Positions 1 through 8,363 of a stretch of DNA of 59,996 nt are shown here, piece by piece. Position 1 is the first letter of the stretch. Each line of letters starts with the position of its first letter. Both the position numbers and the translations under genes were made by a program. Source of the DNA: a virus (Duplodnaviria; Caudoviricetes). The notes below the pieces were generated by a model. It was given only the letters and a program-made list of their open reading frames with translations, was not told the origin of the DNA and searched no databases. The DNA is taken from the IMG/VR virus record IMGVR_UViG_3300023174_000183, positions 1 to 59,996 of that record, one strand, 5' to 3'.

Positions 1-19
1 AGATTCCTAATATGTTCAT
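1..19 (-). CDS. Possible start of a carbamoyltransferase (NodU/CmcH family), only 6 codons visible
   Basis: ATG AAC ATA TTA GGA ATC T = MNILGI(S), overlapping the end of the SGNH ORF. Matches the usual MxILGIS...HD N-terminus of this family but is far too short to be sure. Confidence 0.3.
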
Positions 20-536
20 TGATTCGATCTGCTATTAATTGATGACCTGCCTCCAATGGATGTCCGCCAGAGCCCAAACTACAATCTCCCATCCACTCCA
101 CCAAACCTTGCTTGGGCCAACCCAAATAACAATCTAGACCAGCACCAGAAGCATATTTCTGTATATCAAATGCACTGACAAAGACATGCGGTATGTCTTT
201 AAGATAATTATCAAGTAATTTAATTTGTGTTAAAAATTTTGAATATGCCCATTGCTCGTCCCAATCTCTAAAAACCTCTTCAACAACTTTTCCGTATTTT
301 CTAAAACTACCTGAGGTAAGATGTTTATTTGAAATTTCTATTCTGTTGGGACTAGTCCAAGCAACAATGACTCCGTCAACTCGATTGTTGTCCACAAAGT
401 CTACGGTACTTCTTAAAATATAATCATTGCTGGCACCGGCCGTTGCAATATTAACAACATCAATATCCAACTTTCGAGGCCAAGCAATTGGAGATTCTTC
501 CCCAGAGGTAAAACTACATCCGTTAACTAATATCAT
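1..536 (-). CDS. SGNH/GDSL hydrolase-like protein (3' end runs off window; not in ORF track)
   Basis: Manual translation from ATG at 536: MILVNGCSFTSGEE...NIATAGASNDYI...VAWTSPNRIE...GGHPLEAGHQLIADRINEHIRN. G-C-S block I, G-x-x-N block II region and GHP block V-like motif. ATGA overlap with the upstream small ORF. Confidence 0.8.
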   Translation of the reverse strand, partial: MILVNGCSFTSGEESPIAWPRKLDIDVVNIATAGASNDYILRSTVDFVDNNRVDGVIVAWTSPNRIEISNKHLTSGSFRKYGKVVEEVFRDWDEQWAYSKFLTQIKLLDNYLKDIPHVFVSAFDIQKYASGAGLDCYLGWPKQGLVEWMGDCSLGSGGHPLEAGHQLIADRINEHIRN

Positions 537-634
537 TTGTAGATAAATGGATCGCGTTTACGTAACTCTTTAAGTCTCTTACGGTAAGTAATTTCTAAAA
601 CAATACGAGCATAAATTTTTCGTAACCAACTCAT
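533..634 (-). CDS. 33-aa basic small protein MSWLRKIYARIVLEITYRKRLKELRKRDPFIYK (not in ORF track)
   Basis: GGAGAG RBS about 7 nt upstream of ATG 634; TGA overlaps the ATG of the SGNH gene (ATGA); fills the operon gap exactly. Confidence 0.8.
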   Translation of the reverse strand: MSWLRKIYARIVLEITYRKRLKELRKRDPFIYK

Positions 635-649
635 CAAATTTCTCTCCGA

Positions 650-1804
650 TTAATTATATTTACTACTAAAATCATATCCTGCCTTCATTGAATCAATCTG
701 TTGCTGTTGATAATCATCATCTGACCAGCAATAGTTAAATTGACCGCATGTGCCATTGACTTCAATTTGATAAATGTCCAAATATTTTCCCAATATTTTT
801 CTAATTTCTATTGGACTGTCGGTACCAAAGCTTCTGATCAAATCAACCCGCCCAATGGGCAAATACCCCAGACTTAAATTAACGTCCGCAGGATCTCGAT
901 TATTATCCCTCAGCCATTGTTGAAATCGATCCTGCTCTTGATCATGCCATGGCATACCATTACCATAAGTGACATTATTGCCCCATTCAATATCAAACTC
1001 GCCACTGTAGTATTTGAGTTCAGTAATGGCCTCACATATTGTGTCAGTCAGTACTGGGGCATGTTCATCACGAAAAACCTCAAACAATGTTTTACCGACC
1101 TGTGTCCAATGCATGTAAACTCTGCCAAATTCTCGATCATATCCATTAGTCAAAAACAACTGCCTGTGCTCATACGTTAATTCATAACGCTGGGCCTGCA
1201 GGAATGTAGTAATCTGGCTAGGACGCACCCATTCTGGTAATACTGCCTGTTTACGCTGACTCAATATCAATGTCTCAATTTCGTGGCAGATATTGTTGAG
1301 TTGCCTGATGGCATATTTGGTTTCATAATCAGCCAGTTTATAATACTCACTGAGATTCCAAGCAACCCCTTGTAATCTTTCAAAATGATTATGCAGACGA
1401 TTCATGGCCTCGTGTTTGACACTGAGTCCCAAATTTTCATCATCCCACCCAATGGGATAATCACTATCAAATCTCACAACATCGGGAGTAAAATAATCTT
1501 CAATTATATAAGACCTTAACCCTGCATCTTGCCAGATCTTTTTTCGATTAAAAAGATTAATTCGACGAATATGCTGATTAAGTTCATTACAGAGATAATT
1601 TAAATCTCTAGCAGTTTCAGGAAATCCCATGAAACAGTAGTTTTTTTCTAGCGGTCTTTCTGACTTTAGTAGTTCTTTAAGAGCACCGACCCAATCTTGA
1701 GCCAACAAGTGTACATCAGGGATTATCCAGTAATCCAATGTGTCAGACTTGTTAGTGGGATTTCTTAAAGTGACTTTAACAGTTGATGGATTGATACCAC
1801 TCAT
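650..1804 (-). CDS. Hypothetical protein with His/Glu motifs (possible metalloenzyme)
   Basis: 384-aa ORF overlapping the upstream rSAM gene; motifs LHNHFE, ICHEIE, YMHWTQVGKT. Confidence 0.75.
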   Translation of the reverse strand: MSGINPSTVKVTLRNPTNKSDTLDYWIIPDVHLLAQDWVGALKELLKSERPLEKNYCFMGFPETARDLNYLCNELNQHIRRINLFNRKKIWQDAGLRSYIIEDYFTPDVVRFDSDYPIGWDDENLGLSVKHEAMNRLHNHFERLQGVAWNLSEYYKLADYETKYAIRQLNNICHEIETLILSQRKQAVLPEWVRPSQITTFLQAQRYELTYEHRQLFLTNGYDREFGRVYMHWTQVGKTLFEVFRDEHAPVLTDTICEAITELKYYSGEFDIEWGNNVTYGNGMPWHDQEQDRFQQWLRDNNRDPADVNLSLGYLPIGRVDLIRSFGTDSPIEIRKILGKYLDIYQIEVNGTCGQFNYCWSDDDYQQQQIDSMKAGYDFSSKYN

Positions 1805-3077
1805 AAACCTCAGGCCTTGTGCTCAAAATATCTGCTAATGTGTATGTATCTGATCTAATGGCTTCTAATTTTAAAATTCTTGATTTGCCTTTACACAACC
1901 CTGATTGATATTCATTGGGCCATTGCTCGGCAAATGTAGGTCGAGTTTTGAGTTGTATCAGAATGTCTCGCAATGCGCCCGATGTCGTGGGCAGTAGTTC
2001 GTCTATCCAGGCATGCAACATGCCTCGAGGCAACGCTAGAGGCGAAAGTAGGATATCTGGACTAAAGCTAAAAACCACTTTGGCCAAGATATCCACACCC
2101 AAATCATCTGCTAACTTTTGAATATTCGCTATTTCAAACATACCCGGAAGGGTAAGTGTGAAATCAATTCTCATCTGACGACGATGCGTAGCGATTCGAA
2201 CACCAGCCTTAAAGTTTTCAAGCCACGCTGCATAATCGAGACCTGTTCGTATATACTCTCCAATTCGTCCCGTACCATCGATGCTTGCACATATTTGCCA
2301 GTCTCGTAGCCCAACCAAAATATCACTGTAGAGATTGATACCACGGTAATTGACGCGGCTAAGATTTGTGTTGTATCTAGCGTAAACATTTTTACCATCT
2401 CCCAGTTCAACAATTCGTCGCATATAGCGCCAATGTTGTTCATACATTAGAGGCTCACCGCCTACCCAATAAACTTCTTCAATTTGATGGTTCTCAACTG
2501 CTGCTGCAAACTCCTGCTCAATTTGTGTTTCTTGAAAATATTCGATTTGTTTTTTTATTTCTGACCGCATCCAATTATTCTTGGTATCATGCCAGTTGAT
2601 CATGTCGTGCTGTCGTTGTTCGGTTTCCCAGGCACTGCTTAACATGTCGCCGCACATACGGCATTTGAAATTGCAGAGATTACTGAAACGGTAATCCCAG
2701 CTGACAGGTTGCATGGTAGTATACCCCGATGCATCTGTGGTTTCCCATATGCTATTGTACTTATGTCCGAACAACTGATTAAAATAGCTGCGGTATACAT
2801 CGGTATTTAATAGCTTATTATTGCATACTTCACACTCGGGCAATGTTTCTCCCGCCATCATACGTCGACGCACCGACTTCATGTGCTCGCTATTCCAATG
2901 CTGCTCTAGTGTGATAGGAATGTACTTGCCTGTGCCGGCCCCGGTGTCGATATACTGTTGGAAGTTTTGTGCTGGCTCGCGACTAGCACAGCACATTCTT
3001 CGCTCAGTTTGAGGACTTAAATAGGTATGCGTCCAGGGGGCCATGCAAAAATTAGGTTTGCTGTTGGGGATAGTCAT
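1776..3077 (-). CDS. Radical SAM enzyme with N-terminal Twitch/SPASM-like domain (type B)
   Basis: CNFKCRMC, GGEP, YNTN; N-terminal CMAPW...CC...CEVC. Start moved to ATG 3077 (MTIPNSK), just after the upstream stop. Confidence 0.9.
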   Translation of the reverse strand: MTIPNSKPNFCMAPWTHTYLSPQTERRMCCASREPAQNFQQYIDTGAGTGKYIPITLEQHWNSEHMKSVRRRMMAGETLPECEVCNNKLLNTDVYRSYFNQLFGHKYNSIWETTDASGYTTMQPVSWDYRFSNLCNFKCRMCGDMLSSAWETEQRQHDMINWHDTKNNWMRSEIKKQIEYFQETQIEQEFAAAVENHQIEEVYWVGGEPLMYEQHWRYMRRIVELGDGKNVYARYNTNLSRVNYRGINLYSDILVGLRDWQICASIDGTGRIGEYIRTGLDYAAWLENFKAGVRIATHRRQMRIDFTLTLPGMFEIANIQKLADDLGVDILAKVVFSFSPDILLSPLALPRGMLHAWIDELLPTTSGALRDILIQLKTRPTFAEQWPNEYQSGLCKGKSRILKLEAIRSDTYTLADILSTRPEVYEWYQSINC

Positions 3078-3090
3078 TACAATACCGAGG

Positions 3091-4287
3091 TCAATACCCC
3101 ATAGCCCTGGCAATTTCGGGATGTGTTTCAGCAAAACTTTGCTTTCTATATTGATCGGCCAATTTCATTACCATTAAAAATTTTTGGCCATCGCTGCCAG
3201 ACCCGTTACGAATAAACTGAACAATGCGTTCAATTTCTGCACGATATTTGGTGTGAAACTTGTGATCAGTCAATCTTTCGATCACCAACTGTTGTGCTGC
3301 GGGGGTCATGCGGCCAATATTCATGTGCCAGGGATCATGCAACATATTGAAATATATGTAGTCAAAATTTTGAGCGCTAGCCCAGTCACAAATTTCTGGC
3401 AAATAATAGACATTCTGAACATTCATTGTGGTGCAGAGTTGTGTGATAATTTTCTCACTGCGCATGGCTGAAAACTTATTCAAATTTTCTTGCACTTCCA
3501 ACCATTCTGCACCGTACCGTTCGAGTTCAAACCGCTCGCCGATGTTATCTATGCTGAACGCAATTTCCACACGATTGAACTTGCTCCACAGTTCAGCAGC
3601 ATCAGGGAACACAGTGCCATTGGTGTTGTAATGAATGTCAATGTGCTGGCTGTGGCCATGTTCTGCGGCATACTCCAACAAATCAAAATGCTGCTGAATC
3701 AGAAAGGGCTCCCCGCCAGTGAACTCAAAATATCTGATGTTGGGCAGCAGACTTTTTAGGTTTTCCCAAAAGTCAGGGCTTTCTCGGGGCCACGCGCCTT
3801 GCTGCAGAAACTTATATGCCAGATGTTCTTTTCTGTTCGCAAGAGCAGGAACATAATCAATTTCTTCCTGGACCCACTTGCTGCTGCTCCAGCTGCCGCA
3901 AATACGACATTTGAGATTGCAAATATTGCCCAATTTAAGATCAATGAACCACAATTGGTCAGGGTTGACATTGTGCCAATCCACTTGATCATAATACTCT
4001 TTAAGACGAATCCGACTGTTGATTCTTTTACTGGTTCGACCTGCAGCCTCCTCTTCCCAGCAACGATCGCAAGTAGAGGGTTTATTGCCTGATAAAAATT
4101 CCTGCCTAAGATTTTGCATATACTCACTGTGATAAATCTCTTCAAGATTATGCTCTTTAAGCAAATATTTTTCGCCAGTGGATTTGGTTATTTCATCTTT
4201 GGCCAAACAACAAGGACGAGCTGTGCCAATAGGACTAGTCTCAATGCTGATCCATGGAAGTATACAAATGCTATTAGGTAATGTCAT
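3091..4287 (-). CDS. Radical SAM enzyme with N-terminal Twitch/SPASM-like domain (type B)
   Basis: CNLKCRIC, TGGEPF, YNTNGT; N-terminal CILPW...CC...CDRC. Confidence 0.92.
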   Translation of the reverse strand: MTLPNSICILPWISIETSPIGTARPCCLAKDEITKSTGEKYLLKEHNLEEIYHSEYMQNLRQEFLSGNKPSTCDRCWEEEAAGRTSKRINSRIRLKEYYDQVDWHNVNPDQLWFIDLKLGNICNLKCRICGSWSSSKWVQEEIDYVPALANRKEHLAYKFLQQGAWPRESPDFWENLKSLLPNIRYFEFTGGEPFLIQQHFDLLEYAAEHGHSQHIDIHYNTNGTVFPDAAELWSKFNRVEIAFSIDNIGERFELERYGAEWLEVQENLNKFSAMRSEKIITQLCTTMNVQNVYYLPEICDWASAQNFDYIYFNMLHDPWHMNIGRMTPAAQQLVIERLTDHKFHTKYRAEIERIVQFIRNGSGSDGQKFLMVMKLADQYRKQSFAETHPEIARAMGY

Positions 4288-5617
4288 GTGGTAAAGAGCT
4301 CAATTCAGTAAATACTTGCCAGAAATCTTCATTTCTGACTCGATCAAGTTTGGCGGTCTCCGCAACAAACTTATTCCAGTGTTGGCTGTTGTCCTTGGCC
4401 ATCATAAAGTTGATGGCACTTTCAAAACCATTTGTGGCTCGTTTTAAATCGTCCTGCGGGCGCAACCATTCCAAATGTTTACGGTACGCCGGTTCAACAA
4501 TTTCTCGCTTAAATTGTTCTGGTAATACATCAATTCTGTGCCATTCAGGACTCTGACAAATATTAACATTGAAATCTTTGGCTTTTATTAAGCCCAATTC
4601 AGTCCATTCGCGGTGGAAATCTAATACGTGCAGTATATTGGCAGCACTAACAGTTGCACTGATATAAAAGTCTGCGTGTGGAACTTCACGCATCATACGC
4701 TCGCGATTAGCCACAGTTTGCTGCCAATCAGCACCTTTACGCAGGATTTCTGCACGGTGACCGCTAGCATCCAGACTAGCACCAACATTGACAGTTTTAA
4801 AATGCTTCCAGTACTCAAACACATGTTTATTTTTATATCTGAGCTCACTAAAATTAGTATTATACATGAGTCTGACATCAGTCTTACCCAGCTCGATCAA
4901 TTTTTCCAGTAATAGGTAATGCTCTTTCATGATCAAAGGTTCGCCACCAGCAAAATAAACTTGTTCCAAATGCGGAATGTGTGGTTGCATTTGCTCCCAA
5001 ATATCCATCTCATGGCGACCAGCGTACTCCACTGTGGTCATTTCTCTGCCCAAAACATCTGGGTTTCTATTATAAAGTTTAATGTGATCACCATACCAAT
5101 TACTGCTGAAGATAGGCCCACAGGTTCTGCAACGGAAATTGCAGAGATTACTGAATCTCACATCCCAGTATCTAATATTGAATTCTGGATGCTCGCCATC
5201 TTCAAGAGTCTGTTCTACTTCTGCAATATGATGACCATAATTTCTGTTGGCATCATACCGCATACTGAAAAATCCACTTTTCTCTTGTTCATAGCATTTG
5301 TTGCATTCCTTACTGGATCGTTCATTCAGCATGTTTTGCCGCAACTGTTTATAGGCACCCTGATTCCATACAGTCACCATATCATCCTTGCGCAGATCGC
5401 CTAAAGGATGCCAGTAGTCTGCCAAACAACAAGGATACACTCTCCCATCAGGAAATGCATGCATATGTACCCAAGGTAACATGCAAAATGTCTTGCTCTC
5501 CAAAAGCAATTCTTTTTGTTTCTCTGTTAAACTTTCTAGATCGGCAAAATATGGTGCTCTGGCTGTGTAACTATAGCCTTTGTTGTAAAAACCTTTGATG
5601 TCGTTTGGTTCGCTCAT
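4274..5617 (-). CDS. Radical SAM enzyme with N-terminal Twitch/SPASM-like domain (type B)
   Basis: CNFRCRTC, AGGEPL, YNTN; N-terminal CMLPW...DGRVYPCC...LGDL...CNKC. Confidence 0.92.
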   Translation of the reverse strand: MSEPNDIKGFYNKGYSYTARAPYFADLESLTEKQKELLLESKTFCMLPWVHMHAFPDGRVYPCCLADYWHPLGDLRKDDMVTVWNQGAYKQLRQNMLNERSSKECNKCYEQEKSGFFSMRYDANRNYGHHIAEVEQTLEDGEHPEFNIRYWDVRFSNLCNFRCRTCGPIFSSNWYGDHIKLYNRNPDVLGREMTTVEYAGRHEMDIWEQMQPHIPHLEQVYFAGGEPLIMKEHYLLLEKLIELGKTDVRLMYNTNFSELRYKNKHVFEYWKHFKTVNVGASLDASGHRAEILRKGADWQQTVANRERMMREVPHADFYISATVSAANILHVLDFHREWTELGLIKAKDFNVNICQSPEWHRIDVLPEQFKREIVEPAYRKHLEWLRPQDDLKRATNGFESAINFMMAKDNSQHWNKFVAETAKLDRVRNEDFWQVFTELSSLPHDIT

Positions 5618-7014
5618 AGTGTGGTGTACCAGTTGGCTAATTGTGGAAACGCTGTGATAAAATCTTTATTTCGTCGTTGATCGTATTGAGAAAAAAATCT
5701 TTTAAAATCTTTTGCCAAAAGGTTAGTATCAGTCTGACAATCTGATTCATTGTAAGTTTTTTTCTCAAATGATATTTTGGACTCTTTGTGTGGGTCAACG
5801 ACGTTATTCAAATATACAGAAAATCTACGTAGTTGATTAACGGTATAGTCTCCAAAAAAATTGTTAAAGTCTGATTCAGACAAAAAAGTATCTAATTTTT
5901 TAGCATATTCTGATCTTAGATTGTCTGGCAAAACTACAATATTTTGGAAAGTGGGCCAGCGTAACGGATTAACCGATATCATCATCCTGCCCGGGGACAA
6001 GGTTGACGGCAAATTTTTCTTTTTTTCCAATGCCCATTCCAAAAATTCAACGAATCCATCAATTGACGGTACACTGGGTGTAGTACAAATTCCAAATTGT
6101 GATATAGCAGGATGCTGAATCACTTTATCAACATTTTCTTCCCACTGCTGCCAACTTATTCCATCACGGACATATTCTGATTTTTCTCCAATGGACTCGT
6201 TACTGCTCCAAATTTCTATGTGATTATCCAGTTGGCTACAGATATCAAGAAATCTGTCAAGAGTCTCGCTGTCATATGCCAAATTGGTGGTCATATGTAT
6301 ATGGCAGGAACTCTTCTTAGGATTATCCCGCAACCATTCTAAAAGTTTCCAAGTGTGGCCACTCATCATAGGTTCCCCACCAGTGATTCTTAAAATTTTC
6401 AACGATTTGTGTAAATCTGTTTCCCACCATTTAAAAAATGCTTCGGCGTAAGGATTTTCGTCCCCAAACTTATATACAGAAACATCGTCGCAAGATGATA
6501 TATAAGTCTGCCGTAAATCAGACTCTAAATTTTTATAAGGCCCTGCTCTGCGTATATCGCGCGCCCAAGTGCTGCTAATTGCAGGGGAACAGTATGCACA
6601 CCCAAGTTGACAGGTTCTATCAAAACTAATTTCTAGATAATCTAAATCGTAATCAGCATTTGGATCTCCATTAAATGCTGCGTCTAATCTTGGTAGGCTG
6701 GACATCTCGCTGAATAACACTCGATCAGACACCGACTCTGGACTGGTTTCTTCCATAACCCAACAAAATTGACAGTTTAATGGTTTTTCTCCACGTTGCA
6801 TCATGGCCCTCTGTTCTTTTTTGATCGGAGTATTGTGTAATGCACTAGGATTATTTCTAACCTCTTCCAAATTAATCGCATGCGGCGGGTTATGGTGACA
6901 ACTGGTAGTCCACCCTGCATGTAAATGTATACTAGCATTGTACCATTTTGCGCCGCAGAAACTTGGACTTTTTGTATCTAAAACATTTAATTTAAATATT
7001 TTTGGGTTTGTCAT
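5614..7014 (-). CDS. Radical SAM enzyme with N-terminal Cys/His domain (type A)
   Basis: CQLGCAYC, TGGEPM; N-terminal CGAKW...SCHH...CQFCW. Confidence 0.92.
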   Translation of the reverse strand: MTNPKIFKLNVLDTKSPSFCGAKWYNASIHLHAGWTTSCHHNPPHAINLEEVRNNPSALHNTPIKKEQRAMMQRGEKPLNCQFCWVMEETSPESVSDRVLFSEMSSLPRLDAAFNGDPNADYDLDYLEISFDRTCQLGCAYCSPAISSTWARDIRRAGPYKNLESDLRQTYISSCDDVSVYKFGDENPYAEAFFKWWETDLHKSLKILRITGGEPMMSGHTWKLLEWLRDNPKKSSCHIHMTTNLAYDSETLDRFLDICSQLDNHIEIWSSNESIGEKSEYVRDGISWQQWEENVDKVIQHPAISQFGICTTPSVPSIDGFVEFLEWALEKKKNLPSTLSPGRMMISVNPLRWPTFQNIVVLPDNLRSEYAKKLDTFLSESDFNNFFGDYTVNQLRRFSVYLNNVVDPHKESKISFEKKTYNESDCQTDTNLLAKDFKRFFSQYDQRRNKDFITAFPQLANWYTTL

Positions 7015-8363
7015 AGTGTGTTGTACCAGTCGATCAGTTGCGGAAATGTCTTTTTAAAATCTTTGTTGCGCCTCTGATCATATTGTTGGTGAAATTGTTT
7101 GAAATCGTTATGTAATGCCGGGGGGTCAAATGCATCACTGTGCGGTGTTTTAACAATGTCCAAATAGTCAATTAGACGTTGCACATGATTTTTCTCGTGT
7201 TCGTGCAGCATACAATGGTCATTAAATTTATTTAACCAATCAATTAACCGCTGTCTATGTTTCATGCGAATGTTGTCGGGCAACACTAACGGACTTTGGA
7301 AACTGGGAAAGCGCAGAATATTTAATGTAAAGTTAGGGTTATTCTTCCCCCATTGGCTCTTCCATTCCATGAGCATGGTTAGAAATTCTGGCAAACTTTC
7401 CAGGCAAAGAGCATTAATTGTGCACATGACATGTAATCCGCGCAACCGGCCGCTGCGCATCAAAAACCACATGTTACTGGTCCACTGCTCCCATTCTAGT
7501 CCATCACGAATGTACTCTGCATGATCATGCATGCTCTCGTTACTGGTGTAGAGATCTAGTTCAATGCCCGCAGTGCTGTCCAGTAACTCTTCCAGTACTG
7601 ATTGATCGAAACACAAATTGCTGTTGATGGCCAAACGAGTCTGACTAGCACCACGATTATTCTTGAACCAATCCAACAGACGTTTAGTATATCCGCTCAT
7701 GAGTGGTTCGCCGCCAGTGATACGCAATTCGGTCAATGTTTGATGTAGGTCCGATTCCCACCATTTGAAGAAGGCTTCGACGTACGGATTAGTTTCACCG
7801 AGTTTATAGAGTTGAGCACTATCATGCTCGTGAGTGAAATGGTTACGACCGTCGCTGACCAAATTGACGTATGCTCCATTTCGATGAACATCACGTACCC
7901 AGCTGGTGCTGAAAGCAGGATTGCAATAACTACAGGCCAGTTGGCAAGTTCTGTCAAATGCGATTTCCAAAGTTTTAAGATTGATGTCTTGATTTGAATC
8001 CGTTTGATATGCATGTTCTAGGTCCTCATCTTTATAAATTACAGTTTTATACACTCGATCACTGATGGCATCTACCCCCATGTCTTCAATTTTCCAGCAG
8101 TACTCGCAACCAGCAGGGCGCTGCCCTTGTTGCATCTGATGACGTTCTTGCTTTTTGCGTGACGTATTATGCAACGCACGTGGATTTGCCTCAACTTCCT
8201 CTATCGACACTTTATGTGGCAAAGGATGATGACAACTGGTAGTCATGCCTGACCCCAACCATATGGTGGCATTGTACCATTTAGCAGCGCAAAAACTAGC
8301 CGATTTGATATCAATTACTCTGCGACGGTATTCTAGATCTGTTTCGTTATGCTGTTTCGGCAT
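7011..8363 (-). CDS. Radical SAM enzyme with N-terminal Cys/His domain (type A)
   Basis: CQLACSYC, TGGEPL; N-terminal CAAKW...SCHH...CEYCW. Confidence 0.92.
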   Translation of the reverse strand: MPKQHNETDLEYRRRVIDIKSASFCAAKWYNATIWLGSGMTTSCHHPLPHKVSIEEVEANPRALHNTSRKKQERHQMQQGQRPAGCEYCWKIEDMGVDAISDRVYKTVIYKDEDLEHAYQTDSNQDINLKTLEIAFDRTCQLACSYCNPAFSTSWVRDVHRNGAYVNLVSDGRNHFTHEHDSAQLYKLGETNPYVEAFFKWWESDLHQTLTELRITGGEPLMSGYTKRLLDWFKNNRGASQTRLAINSNLCFDQSVLEELLDSTAGIELDLYTSNESMHDHAEYIRDGLEWEQWTSNMWFLMRSGRLRGLHVMCTINALCLESLPEFLTMLMEWKSQWGKNNPNFTLNILRFPSFQSPLVLPDNIRMKHRQRLIDWLNKFNDHCMLHEHEKNHVQRLIDYLDIVKTPHSDAFDPPALHNDFKQFHQQYDQRRNKDFKKTFPQLIDWYNTL

